Shown piece after piece: positions 18,967 to 28,849 of a DNA stretch of 38,209 nt (the first letter of the stretch is position 1; each line of letters opens with the position of its first letter). Source of the DNA: Candidatus Saccharimonadales bacterium (GTDB taxonomy: Bacteria; Patescibacteriota; Saccharimonadia; Saccharimonadales; JBBQAJ01); assembly GCA_038316195.1 (NCBI GenBank), contig JBBQAJ010000005.1, forward strand, positions 1 to 38,209. The letters run 5' to 3'. Made by a program: the position numbers and the translations under genes. The notes under the pieces are model-generated. The model did no database searches, was not told the DNA's origin, and saw only the letters and a list, made by a program, of their open reading frames with translations.

Positions 18967-20289
18967 ATGCCACAGGTTAGCCCCGCAATTGAAACGTTCG
19001 CTAGAATTAAGGTAGTAGGTGTTGGTGGTGCTGGGGGTGCTGCAATTAATAGAATGATTGAAGCAGGTGTGGATGGAGTAGAGTTTATTGTTGTTAATAC
19101 CGATGCTCAGGCACTTCATCATTCAAAGGCACAAACTAAAATCCATATTGGCAAAGATGCAACTCGAGGCTTGGGAGCTGGAGCAGATCCTGGCGTTGGA
19201 CAAAAGGCTGCTCAAGAGTCACTTGAAGACATTCGCAAAGCTGTCGAAGGCGCTGATATGGTTTTCGTTACTTTAGGTGCAGGTGGAGGTACTGGAAGTG
19301 GGGCAGGCCATATAGTTGCAGAAGCTGCTCAAGATCAAGGTGCGTTAGTAGTTGGCTTTGCTACTAAACCATTTGCTTTCGAAGGAGATAAGCGTAGAAG
19401 GAATGCCGAAATTGCTATCGAAAATTTACGTAGATCAGTAGATACATTGATAATCATTCCAAATGATCGTTTATTGCAAACTATTGATCGACAGACGCCA
19501 CTATTAGAAGCCTTTAAGGTGGCTGATGACGTATTAAGACAAGGTGTTCAGGGAATTTCAGACCTAATCACTGTACATGGATTAATTAACCTGGATTTTG
19601 CAGACGTAAAAACAGTTATGAGTCATGCTGGTTCTGCTCTGATGGGTATTGGACGGGCATCTGGAGAAGATCGTGCTACAAATGCTGCACAACAAGCCAT
19701 AGAATCACCTTTACTGGAAGTTTCAATAGATGGAGCCAGAGGTATTTTGTTCAATGTAATCGGTGGTAGTGATATGTCAATGCATGAGATAAATCAGGCA
19801 GCTGAAACAATTACTGCAGCTGCTGATCCGGATGCAAATATAATCTTTGGTGCCACAATTAGTCCAGAACTTGAAGGTGAAATTATAATTACAGTTGTCG
19901 CGACTGGTTTTGATGATGCTTATTATGCAAATCGAAAAAATCTAAAACCTAATTCAGACACACCCCAAAGCAGTACATTATTAAAACCAAATGATAATCA
20001 AGACATGTCTGGCATAGATATGGATTTACATGACGATGATAAGGAAAGTGAATTAAATAAAGACACTCCGATGCCAAATATTTGGACTATTGACAACCCA
20101 GATGATAGCGATGGTAAGGAAGACAATGTAGAAAGCAATAATTTTCTAGACACTAACCCAATTGTAGGATATGACGAAGAAGCTGAACTTGAAAAGCCTT
20201 CATTTTTACGAAGACTAACAAAACGAAAACAACAACAAGTGGACAAAAACAAACAAAAAGAAGATGACGACAAATTAACAGAGAAATAA
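18967..20289 (+). CDS. ftsZ: Cell division protein FtsZ
   Basis: [19 protein letters not shown] tubulin signature, INLDFADV, C-terminal LEKPSFLRR. Confidence 0.99.
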   Translation: MPQVSPAIETFARIKVVGVGGAGGAAINRMIEAGVDGVEFIVVNTDAQALHHSKAQTKIHIGKDATRGLGAGADPGVGQKAAQESLEDIRKAVEGADMVFVTLGAGGGTGSGAGHIVAEAAQDQGALVVGFATKPFAFEGDKRRRNAEIAIENLRRSVDTLIIIPNDRLLQTIDRQTPLLEAFKVADDVLRQGVQGISDLITVHGLINLDFADVKTVMSHAGSALMGIGRASGEDRATNAAQQAIESPLLEVSIDGARGILFNVIGGSDMSMHEINQAAETITAAADPDANIIFGATISPELEGEIIITVVATGFDDAYYANRKNLKPNSDTPQSSTLLKPNDNQDMSGIDMDLHDDDKESELNKDTPMPNIWTIDNPDDSDGKEDNVESNNFLDTNPIVGYDEEAELEKPSFLRRLTKRKQQQVDKNKQKEDDDKLTEK

Positions 20290-20326
20290 CAGATAAAACT
20301 AAGTAAATAATACACCATTATTTAAC

Positions 20327-20382
20327 TTGCCAAACCCTGTATATGGGTCTATCATTGTTTGTATAGACGCTATATATGGTGA
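20327..20382 (+). promoter_or_regulatory. nrdR-nrdJ promoter with two tandem NrdR boxes
   Basis: TTGCCA (20327)-N17-TATCAT (20350). Boxes ACCCTGTATATGGGTC (20334-20349) and ACGCTATATATGGTGA (20367-20382) resemble the consensus acaCwAtATaTwGtgt and start 33 bp apart. Confidence 0.8.
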
Positions 20383-20474
20383 CTATAATATAGTAATTGT
20401 ACTTTCAGAATGAACACATAATTTGTACTAGGGCTAAATATTTATAGAACTAGTGAGCAAAAAGGAGGCAAAGT

Positions 20475-20948
20475 ATGAAATGCAGCCAATGCTCGTCAGT
20501 AGATACAAAAGTTATTGAATCTCGAGATGTTAGTGACGGTGAAGCGATTCGTAGACGTCGGGCTTGTCCTGATTGCGAATATCGATTTACGACATATGAA
20601 CGTATTGAGAAACCGCAGATCATCGTAATTAAAAATAATGGTATCCGCGAACTTTTCAAAAGAGATAAACTACTGGCTGGACTGTATAGAGCTTGCGAAA
20701 AGACACCAGTAACCAGTCTGCAACTAGAAAGGTTAGTTGCCGACATTGAACACTATGTACATGCAAGTGGCGATCAAGAGATTGGCACTGCAAAGATTGG
20801 TGAGTTGGTTATGGAACGACTCGCTCTGCTCAACGAAGTTGCTTATGTGCGCTTTGCGAGTGTTTATCGTCGTTTTAAAGATATTGCAGGGTTTGAACGT
20901 GAACTTTTGCAGATTCGTGAACGTAAAGTAAAACACACCTCAGAGTAA
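20475..20948 (+). CDS. nrdR: Transcriptional repressor NrdR
   Basis: MKCSQC...IRRRRACPDC..RFTTYE, ATP cone, AYVRFASVYR. Confidence 0.98.
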   Translation: MKCSQCSSVDTKVIESRDVSDGEAIRRRRACPDCEYRFTTYERIEKPQIIVIKNNGIRELFKRDKLLAGLYRACEKTPVTSLQLERLVADIEHYVHASGDQEIGTAKIGELVMERLALLNEVAYVRFASVYRRFKDIAGFERELLQIRERKVKHTSE

Positions 20949-21154
20949 GAACTGTCGGCTACAACCCTTCTATTATGCTTAGCATTAGCAGAAGGGAAAA
21001 GAGCTGACAAAGGCTTATGAGAGCAGGCCACACAACTCTAAACAAATAACAAACAAAACAAATAGATCTGAGCATAATGTTCAAATCTTTTAAGAAGTGA
21101 TGAAAGGAGATCTTCGGTTGAAACATTAAAAGTGTTTCAATCGGGGTAAATATT

Positions 21155-23929
21155 ATGGGACAAACAACTATCCTGGGGCACAGGCGATTCTTTACTAAAG
21201 CAAAAAGTAAAGCATACGATGAGCTAAAATGGGTCAAACGTGACTCAGTTATTATGAATCCTACTACTGGAAAGTCTGTGTTCGAACAAAAAGACTTAGA
21301 GTTTCCAGAGGGCTGGTCCCTAAACTCTATAAATATTGTCGCTCAAAAGTACTTTACTGGCACCCTCGGAACATTGGAAAGGGAAGACTCACTTAAAAAA
21401 TTGATCGATAGAGTAGTTGATACTATAGCAAGGCAAGGACTGCAAGAGTCATATTTTGAGTCTGAAGCTGAAGTCGAAGATTTTAGAGAAGAATTAAAGT
21501 ATATTTTGGCTACTCAGAGAGCAGCTTTTAATTCGCCAGTTTGGTTTAACATTGGTGCTCCTGCTCGTGCTCAACAAGCAAGTGCTTGTTTTATTTTGGC
21601 CGTTGAAGATACCATGCCTTCAATACTAAACTGGTACAAAGAGGAAGGAATGATTTTCAAAGGTGGTTCTGGATCGGGAATTAATCTAAGTGGAATTAGA
21701 TCATCTGTTGAGCCTTTGGGAAAAAGTGCCGGAACGGCTTCTGGGCCCTTGAGTTTCATGCGAGGAGCAGATGCATCTGCTGGAGCTATTAAGAGTGGTG
21801 GTAAAACACGTAGAGCAGCCAAAATGGTTATTTTAAATTCTGACCATCCTGACATAGAAGAATTCATATGGTGTAAGACTCGTGAAGAGCGAAAAGCAAG
21901 AGATCTTCAAGCTGCTGGCTGGGACATGACGTTAGATGGTAAAGACATTACATCTGTACAATACCAAAATGCTAATAACTCGGTTAGGGTTACTGATGAA
22001 TTTATGCAAGCAGTTGAAAATGACGAAGACTACGAATTACGTGCTGTTGCAACGGGCAAATCTGTAAAACGAGTAAAAGCAAAAGATTTATTTAGGCAAA
22101 TTGCTGAAGCGGCGTGGGAGTGTGCTGACCCTGGTATGCAATTCGATTCGACTATTAACAAATGGCATACAACCCCAAATGCTGGCCGAATAAACGGCAG
22201 CAATCCCTGTAGTGAATACATGCATTTAGATAATTCAGCATGTAATCTTGCATCAATCAACCTGTTAAAATATTTAAATCAAGATGGAAGTTTTGATGTT
22301 GAAGCATTTCGTCACACCGTTGAACTTATATTCACGGCCCAAGAAATATTAGTTGGTTATAGCGAATATCCCACAGAAAACATTACTAAGAATGCACGTG
22401 CATATCGTCAACTTGGAATTGGTTATGCTAATTTAGGTGCCATGCTAATGGCTCAAGGTTTACCATACGATAGTGATGAAGGCAGGGCTCAAGCCGCAGC
22501 CATTACAGCAATCTTGACAGGGCACGCTTATGCTACAAGTGCGAGACTAGCAAACAGAGTTGGTCCATTTGCAGGATTTCATAAAGACAGAGACGGTATG
22601 CTAAATGTTCTTAAGATGCATAGAGCAGAAGTGTCAAAAATTGATGCCAGTTTAGTAGCAGAAGATCTGTTAAGTGCGGCAACTACAGCATGGGATGATG
22701 CTGTTGAGCTGGGTGACCTGTATGGAGTTAGGAATGCCCAGGCTAGTGTTCTGGCTCCAACGGGCACCATCGGTCTTATGATGGACTGTGATACAACTGG
22801 TATTGAGCCAGACCTTGGTTTGGTTAAGTTTAAGAAACTTGTTGGGGGTGGAACTATGAACATAGTGAACCAGACTGTACCTCGTGCACTAAAAGTACTC
22901 GGATATACCAATCCACAAATTGATGAAATCATAAACTATATCGATGTAGAAAAAACAATTACTGATGCTCCACACCTCAAGAAAGAGCATTTTGATGTCT
23001 TTTCTTGTTCAATGGGAGATAACCCAATCCATTATATGGGTCACGTAAAAATGATGTCAGCAGTACAACCATTTATTTCCGGTGCAATTAGTAAAACAGT
23101 AAATATGCCCGAAGAAGCAACAGTTGAGGAAATTGAACAACTGCATATTGAAGCCTGGAAATTGGGATTAAAGGCAGTTGCAATATATCGTGATAATTGT
23201 AAAGTTGCACAACCTTTGTCTATGACTAAAAAAGGTGCCGACAAGAACAATAACTTACCAGCAACTCTTGAGGAAAAAGTAACAGAAAAAGTTATAGTTA
23301 AAACTGTTATTCGACGTGAGATGTCTAAAGTTCGACCTTCCAAAACATATTCATTTACCGTATCGGATTGTCATGGGTATTTCACAGTAGGCGAATATGA
23401 AGATGGAACTCCAGGTGAACTGTTTGTGCGCGTAGCAAAAATGGGCTCAACAATGGCTGGACTAATGGATTCATTCGCTAGATCTATAAGCTATAGCTTG
23501 CAATACGGAGTACCTTTGAAAGTATATGTAAAGGGTATGACAAGTATGTCTTTTGCACCCGCAGGAATAACCGACGATCCAGATATTCGAACAGCTTCTT
23601 CGTTGATTGATTACATATTCCGTAGACTTGCAATGGATTATTTGTCTTTTGATGATCGTTTAGAATTAGGACTAGCTTCAATTGACGATATGCCAGATGA
23701 ACAGACGAGTTTATTAGACTCAGAAATCCTTTCTCAACCCATCCAAACATCGGAACAAAAAGTTTCAAGCCAGCCAGCTGTTGTTGATCAAAAAACCGAA
23801 ATTAAAACAACTGTAAGCAAGCCTAAAGACCAATCGTCTCCAATGTGTTTCAATTGTGGTAACCAAACACAAAAAGCCGGTAGTTGCTATGTTTGTTCTT
23901 CTTGTGGTTCTACGACTGGCTGTTCTTGA
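21155..23929 (+). CDS. nrdJ: Class II (adenosylcobalamin-dependent) ribonucleotide reductase
   Basis: FNSPVWFN, SACFI, GGKTRRAAKM, SNPCSEY, LAPTGTIG, ISKTVN, C-terminal TSCPD-like domain and CxxC..CxxC..GCS tail. Confidence 0.97.
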   Translation: MGQTTILGHRRFFTKAKSKAYDELKWVKRDSVIMNPTTGKSVFEQKDLEFPEGWSLNSINIVAQKYFTGTLGTLEREDSLKKLIDRVVDTIARQGLQESYFESEAEVEDFREELKYILATQRAAFNSPVWFNIGAPARAQQASACFILAVEDTMPSILNWYKEEGMIFKGGSGSGINLSGIRSSVEPLGKSAGTASGPLSFMRGADASAGAIKSGGKTRRAAKMVILNSDHPDIEEFIWCKTREERKARDLQAAGWDMTLDGKDITSVQYQNANNSVRVTDEFMQAVENDEDYELRAVATGKSVKRVKAKDLFRQIAEAAWECADPGMQFDSTINKWHTTPNAGRINGSNPCSEYMHLDNSACNLASINLLKYLNQDGSFDVEAFRHTVELIFTAQEILVGYSEYPTENITKNARAYRQLGIGYANLGAMLMAQGLPYDSDEGRAQAAAITAILTGHAYATSARLANRVGPFAGFHKDRDGMLNVLKMHRAEVSKIDASLVAEDLLSAATTAWDDAVELGDLYGVRNAQASVLAPTGTIGLMMDCDTTGIEPDLGLVKFKKLVGGGTMNIVNQTVPRALKVLGYTNPQIDEIINYIDVEKTITDAPHLKKEHFDVFSCSMGDNPIHYMGHVKMMSAVQPFISGAISKTVNMPEEATVEEIEQLHIEAWKLGLKAVAIYRDNCKVAQPLSMTKKGADKNNNLPATLEEKVTEKVIVKTVIRREMSKVRPSKTYSFTVSDCHGYFTVGEYEDGTPGELFVRVAKMGSTMAGLMDSFARSISYSLQYGVPLKVYVKGMTSMSFAPAGITDDPDIRTASSLIDYIFRRLAMDYLSFDDRLELGLASIDDMPDEQTSLLDSEILSQPIQTSEQKVSSQPAVVDQKTEIKTTVSKPKDQSSPMCFNCGNQTQKAGSCYVCSSCGSTTGCS

Positions 23930-23976
23930 CAGGCTAAGTCTGTAAACCATAATCAATATACTGTAAACTACTTTAT

Positions 23977-24237
23977 GTGAAGATATCTATTTTATATCAT
24001 CCTAATTCCGAGTACGCACGTAGCGTTGAAGAATATGCACATGATTTTGAGAATCAAAAAGGTGTTGCGATTGATTTAAAAAGCTTAGAAACCAAAGAAG
24101 GTGCCTACCTTGCAACTCTGTACGGAATTGTTCAATATCCGGCACTACTTGTTTTGCGCGACAATAATGATTTGATAAAGAACTGGGAGGGTGTACCTTT
24201 GCCTATAATGAATGAAGTTGCAGGATATTTTATTTAG
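23977..24237 (+). CDS. Small thioredoxin-fold-like hypothetical protein (no CxxC)
   Basis: ILYHPNSEYAR...ATLYGIVQYPALLV..WEG pattern; GTG start 7 nt after TAAACT. Confidence 0.65.
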   Translation: MKISILYHPNSEYARSVEEYAHDFENQKGVAIDLKSLETKEGAYLATLYGIVQYPALLVLRDNNDLIKNWEGVPLPIMNEVAGYFI

Positions 24238-24266
24238 TTGCGATTAACAGAGGGGTGGGGTACAAT
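24238..24266 (+). promoter_or_regulatory. Sigma70-type promoter of the ileS leader
   Basis: TTGCGA-N17-TACAAT. Confidence 0.65.
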
Positions 24267-24272
24267 TTAGGT

Positions 24273-24478
24273 AATCCGTTAAACAGCTATCAACTGTATT
24301 TTTCCAATTGATTTGTCATAGGAAAAACGGAATGGGAAGAACGTTTTGAGTTAGTCTTATGACAGACTTAGGATAAGTAGAACCCTTCGGCGTGACCCGT
24401 AAGATCACAAAATTAAGTCCCAAGTAGGATGGTACCGCCCCAAAATCTGGAGCTCCTACGAATAGGGACTTTTTGTTT
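24273..24478 (+). ncRNA. T-box riboswitch (Ile) upstream of ileS
   Basis: T-box bulge TGGTACC (24430-24436) within the antiterminator GTAGGA...TCCTAC. Stem II GGAAGAACG...AGTAGAACC. Stem IIA/B GTGA-CCCGTAAGA-TCAC. Candidate AUC specifier at 24289-24291. Terminator GAGCTCCTA-CGAA-TAGGGACTT plus a U tract. Confidence 0.88.
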
Positions 24479-24566
24479 ATTAAAAAATCTCAAAAATTAC
24501 ATCTCAAAAGGTTGGACCTTTTACAGAGATGTAAAATATAATTTATGTAAAGTTAGGAGAATTGGC

Positions 24567-27431
24567 GTGAAGTTTCAGCAAGGGACTCGAAGGAAGGCGA
24601 TTGAATATGAGAAAGACCTCGTAGTTCAATGGAAGAAGCATAAGATTTTTGAAAAGTCAGTTGAAATGCGCCCCAAAGACAATTCATTTGTTTTATATGA
24701 TGGCCCTCCATTTATCACTGGAGTGCCACATCACGGGACTTTATTGACTAGCGTCGTTAAAGACGCCATACCCCGCTATCAAACCATGAAAGGAAAACGT
24801 GTTGAACGTGTATGGGGTTGGGATTGTCATGGTTTACCTGCAGAAGTATTTACGGAACAGAAGTTAGGCATAAAAGATAAACGAGATATTGGCACAAAAA
24901 TAAGTCTTGAAGAGTATATAACTACCTGTCGATCGAATATGGTCCAGACAGGCAGCCTTTGGGAAGATACAATAGATAGAATTGGTCGTTGGGTTGATTT
25001 TAGGGGAGCTTATCAAACCATGGACAAAGAGTTCATGGAATCTGTCTGGTGGGCATTTAAGGAGCTTTACGATAAAGGCAAAATTTACGAAGGTGAAAAG
25101 GTTTTACTTTATTGCACGCGAGACGCAACACCTATTAGCAAGTCAGAGGTTGCTATGGATAATAGTTATCAGGACGTAACAGATCCCTCTGTTTACGTGA
25201 AATTTAAACTTGTGGGAGAAAATTCGTATTTGTTGGCTTGGACTACTACCCCGTGGACTCTACCATCGAATACAGCAATAGCTATAAATAACGAAATCGA
25301 ATATGCAGAAGTTGAAATCAACGGTGAAAAATTAATATTAGCAAAAAATCTATTAAATGCAGCGTTGACGGATGAAAAGCACCAAGTATTAACTTACAAG
25401 ATTCTCCGAACTTTTAAAGGTACAGAGCTTGCAGGGAAATCTTATGAGCCCATATTTGATACATATGCACATTTAGGCGAAAAAGCTTTTAAAATATGGC
25501 ATGCTGATTTTGTTAATGATCAGGATGGTACGGGTATTGCGCATGAATCGCCAGCATATGGAGAAGAAGACTACATGTTAAGTAAAGAATACGGCTTTCC
25601 ATGGGTAATCAATACCGACGAGAGTGGAATATACACTGAAGGTGAATGGAAAAACCAACAGGTTTGGGAAGTAAACAAAGAAATCGCAAAAATGCTTCAT
25701 GAAAGAGGTATTGTATGGAAGATTGAATACCTTACACATAGCTATCCACATTGTCATAGGTGTGGTACTAAATTGATGTATAGAGCCCACCCAAGTTGGT
25801 TTATGGATATTGATAGCCAGAGAACAGAAATGCTCGAACAAAATGGAGAAGTCAACTGGTTTCCCGAACATATTAAACACGGAAGGTCAGAGAAAACTAT
25901 TCAATCTGCACCCGATTGGAATTTGAGTCGCGATCGATTTTGGGCTACTGCTATGCCAGTCTGGAAAGGAATAGATTCAGAAGGAAGTGAAAAAATAAAG
26001 GTGGTAGGAAGTTACAAAGAGCTAAAAGATTTATCTGGAATGGAACTTGATGACTATCATCGTCCTTGGGTAGACGATGTGACATTTACAATAGATAAGG
26101 TCAAATACCAGAGAATAGATAAAGTATTGGACTGTTGGTTTGAGTCCGGGTCTATGCCATTTGCACAGTATCATTATCCATTTGAAAATACTGACAAATT
26201 TGAACAAAAATTTCCAGCTGATTTCATTGTTGAATATGTACCACAGGTAAGGGCGTGGTTTTACTATATGAGTGCTGTAAGCGTTGGTTTGTTTGGCAAA
26301 TCCCCATTTAAAACTGCATTAGTTCACGGGACAATTGCTGGAAACGATGGCAGAAAGATGAGTAAAAGTTTTGGAAATTATACAGACCCAAATAAATTAA
26401 TGGACACTTATAGTGCAGATGCATTAAGATTTTTGTTTTTAAGTTCACCACTTTTGAATGGTGAAGATTTTTCTCTAACTGATAAAGACGTTGGCGATGT
26501 TGCCCGTAAACTTTCTATGATTTGGAATATGTATGACTTTTTCACATTGTATGCAGAAGTAGATGGTTGGTCGTGGGACGGAAAGCTTGATGATCCTTTT
26601 GCTGATTGCACAAGTCCTTTAGATCAGTGGATTATATCGAGGTTGCACCAAGTAATTCAAGAAGTTGATAAGCATATGGAAGGATTTGATATACCAAATG
26701 CCTTAAGTCCAATATTGCCACTCATTGACGATGCTAGTAATTGGTATGTTCGAAGAAGTCGAAAGCGATTTTGGAAATCGGAAAGTGACAGTGATAAAAA
26801 CGAAGCTTACAGGACACTACACTATGTTCTAGTACAGTTGGCTCACATCATGGCACCGTTTACTCCATTTCTCTCAGAAGAGTTATACCAGAAACTTACT
26901 GGGGGTGAATCTGTTCATTTACGGGATTGGCCACAGGTTGGTCATGTAAATGAAACATTACTGGCTGATATGAATCAAGCTAGGTTAGCAATAACTGAAG
27001 GTCTGGCGATTCGTGCTAGGGCTGGGATAAAAGTTCGGCAACCACTGTCGAAAATAACTATCCCTGAGTTACCCGAAATGTACATTGATATAATTGCAGA
27101 AGAGTTAAACGTAAAGGAAGTTATTTGGGGCAAACAGTTAAATTTGGATTTGAAAATAACACCTAAGTTAAAAAGCGAAGGCCTTGCTAGGGAAATAATT
27201 AGGCAGATCCAAAGTGCTAGAAAAATTGCTGATTTACAAGTGGATGACAGGATAGCATTAGTTCTTTTAACGGATAACTCGGAAATACAGGCAGCAATGC
27301 AAGAACATGAAGATGCTATCAAGCATGAAACATTGGCAGTTCGAATTGAAACTAAGGGTAATGGTACGCATAAATCTGAAGTGAAGATTGATGGACATGA
27401 TTTGACTATACGATTAAGTAAATCAAAATAA
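24567..27431 (+). CDS. ileS: Isoleucine--tRNA ligase (IleRS2-like)
   Basis: YDGPPF..PHHGT, GWDCHGLP, WTTTPWTLP, DCWFESGSMP, KMSKS, NWYVRRSRKRFW. GTG at 24567 follows Shine-Dalgarno AGGAGA. Confidence 0.97.
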   Translation: MKFQQGTRRKAIEYEKDLVVQWKKHKIFEKSVEMRPKDNSFVLYDGPPFITGVPHHGTLLTSVVKDAIPRYQTMKGKRVERVWGWDCHGLPAEVFTEQKLGIKDKRDIGTKISLEEYITTCRSNMVQTGSLWEDTIDRIGRWVDFRGAYQTMDKEFMESVWWAFKELYDKGKIYEGEKVLLYCTRDATPISKSEVAMDNSYQDVTDPSVYVKFKLVGENSYLLAWTTTPWTLPSNTAIAINNEIEYAEVEINGEKLILAKNLLNAALTDEKHQVLTYKILRTFKGTELAGKSYEPIFDTYAHLGEKAFKIWHADFVNDQDGTGIAHESPAYGEEDYMLSKEYGFPWVINTDESGIYTEGEWKNQQVWEVNKEIAKMLHERGIVWKIEYLTHSYPHCHRCGTKLMYRAHPSWFMDIDSQRTEMLEQNGEVNWFPEHIKHGRSEKTIQSAPDWNLSRDRFWATAMPVWKGIDSEGSEKIKVVGSYKELKDLSGMELDDYHRPWVDDVTFTIDKVKYQRIDKVLDCWFESGSMPFAQYHYPFENTDKFEQKFPADFIVEYVPQVRAWFYYMSAVSVGLFGKSPFKTALVHGTIAGNDGRKMSKSFGNYTDPNKLMDTYSADALRFLFLSSPLLNGEDFSLTDKDVGDVARKLSMIWNMYDFFTLYAEVDGWSWDGKLDDPFADCTSPLDQWIISRLHQVIQEVDKHMEGFDIPNALSPILPLIDDASNWYVRRSRKRFWKSESDSDKNEAYRTLHYVLVQLAHIMAPFTPFLSEELYQKLTGGESVHLRDWPQVGHVNETLLADMNQARLAITEGLAIRARAGIKVRQPLSKITIPELPEMYIDIIAEELNVKEVIWGKQLNLDLKITPKLKSEGLAREIIRQIQSARKIADLQVDDRIALVLLTDNSEIQAAMQEHEDAIKHETLAVRIETKGNGTHKSEVKIDGHDLTIRLSKSK

Positions 27432-27477
27432 CTTCTTTGACAAGGGTCAGTATATCTGGTAGACTTTTTTGGTACTT

Positions 27478-27786
27478 ATGAAAAAAGCAGTAATTACAAC
27501 TGGTTCTAAACAGTATCTGGTCTCAGAAGGAGACACTTTGAAGGTTGAACTTTTAAATACTAAGGAAAAATTAGTCAATTTCGTACCTTTACTAATAATT
27601 GACGGTGATAAGATCACAATAGGAACCCCTGAAGTCAATGGTTCAAAGGTAACAGCAGAAGTAGTTGCAGAAGATATTCAGGCTGACAAAGTTATGTCAA
27701 TCCGATACAAGGCTAAAAAGCGAGTTCATACTGTTCGTGGGCATAGACAACATCAGACACATTTAAAAATTTCAAAAATAGCCTAA
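27478..27786 (+). CDS. rplU: 50S ribosomal protein L21
   Basis: AVITTGSKQYLVSEG..IGTP..YKAKKR..RGHRQ. Confidence 0.96.
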   Translation: MKKAVITTGSKQYLVSEGDTLKVELLNTKEKLVNFVPLLIIDGDKITIGTPEVNGSKVTAEVVAEDIQADKVMSIRYKAKKRVHTVRGHRQHQTHLKISKIA

Positions 27787-27874
27787 TACGTATTTCTCAA
27801 ATACCTTCAAGTACTCTTGTTTTATCGGATATATGTCGTCATACTTGCATATAACATAATTGGTGTTGGAAGTT

Positions 27875-28702
27875 ATGCGAAAAATGTTGAGGGTAAATTT
27901 TAGATTATATTTTGCAGTGATAGTTCTGTTTTTGATATTATTTTCTATAACATCCAATGCATCTGTATTTGCAATTGCAAGAGGTTATGCTAGCTCAGAT
28001 CCTGGTTTGCAGACTGGTATGGTAGTTGCTCTAAGTTTAGAAAAATCAACTAATTCCAGTGTTGAACGTGCGTCGCCAAATAACAGTAGTCAGATAGTAG
28101 GGGTAGTCACTACCGTAGAAAATAGCTTGGTTTCAGTTAGTTCGGGGAATAATAGTGTTTTAGTTGAAAGTGAAGGTCAAGTTCAAGCTTATGTGAGCGA
28201 CATAAATGGTGCAATTGTTAAAGGGGATCTGTTGGTTCTATCACCATTAAAAGGTATTTTAATGAAAAAAAAAGGTGGTATTTCGACTGCAGTGCTCGGA
28301 ATTGTAACTGAAGCTCCAACGGAAACTTCGATTTATAGCTACCAAAACGGTAATAGATCAACAGCCACCAAGATTGCTAAGACAAAAATAAATCTAAATA
28401 ATCAAAGCGTAAGTAATGAAGTCAGTTCTAAGACTGATTCCACGCTTGCAAAGATTGGAAAGACAATTTCAGGTAAAGACATAAGTGAAATTCGTGTTTT
28501 AGCAGCGTTAATACTTTTTGTTATTGTACTTATTGCCGAGGGAGCAATAATATACGGAGCTATTTCTAGTGCAATTACGTCACTGGGGCGAAATCCACTA
28601 GGACGTATAATAATTAATCAAGAGCTTATCAAGGTAATTGTCGTTGCATTGATCGTTATGTTAGTAGGTCTAGGAGCAGTTTATGGGGTACTTCGTGCGT
28701 AA
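27875..28702 (+). CDS. Membrane protein: signal/TM segment, extracytoplasmic beta domain, C-terminal TM hairpin with a GRNP loop
   Basis: N-terminal hydrophobic stretch; IVGVV..GQVQAYV..GAIVKGDLL domain; two C-terminal TM helices around SAITSLGRNPLG. Start uncertain (27860/27875/27884). Confidence 0.75.
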   Translation: MRKMLRVNFRLYFAVIVLFLILFSITSNASVFAIARGYASSDPGLQTGMVVALSLEKSTNSSVERASPNNSSQIVGVVTTVENSLVSVSSGNNSVLVESEGQVQAYVSDINGAIVKGDLLVLSPLKGILMKKKGGISTAVLGIVTEAPTETSIYSYQNGNRSTATKIAKTKINLNNQSVSNEVSSKTDSTLAKIGKTISGKDISEIRVLAALILFVIVLIAEGAIIYGAISSAITSLGRNPLGRIIINQELIKVIVVALIVMLVGLGAVYGVLRA

Positions 28703-28849
28703 TTTTATCGAAAGAATTTAGTTTGAAATTAGAGAAAATATAGCTACTCGTACCTGCTGTGTAGTTAATTTTCCGTAAGACTTACGAACACAGATATAGC
28801 GCCTGTGGATAACTTTACCTATTTTCATAAATTTTGTGTTCAAAATAAA

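Noticed and set aside
20949..21154. Canonical cobalamin riboswitch before nrdJ
   Set aside because: Only fragments (AAGGGAA, GCCAC) are present and I cannot build the conserved core; kept as an unexplained structured region.
21155..23929. Intein or intron in nrdJ
   Set aside because: The ORF is continuous, of ordinary length, with catalytic motifs at the expected spacing.
24429..24566. 46-aa N-terminal extension of IleRS in the ORF track
   Set aside because: The ATG lies in the T-box antiterminator; GTG 24567 has a Shine-Dalgarno and gives a normal N-terminus.
28804..28812. Replication origin suggested by a perfect DnaA box (another at 37339-37347)
   Set aside because: Isolated single boxes with no cluster and no dnaA or dnaN nearby.
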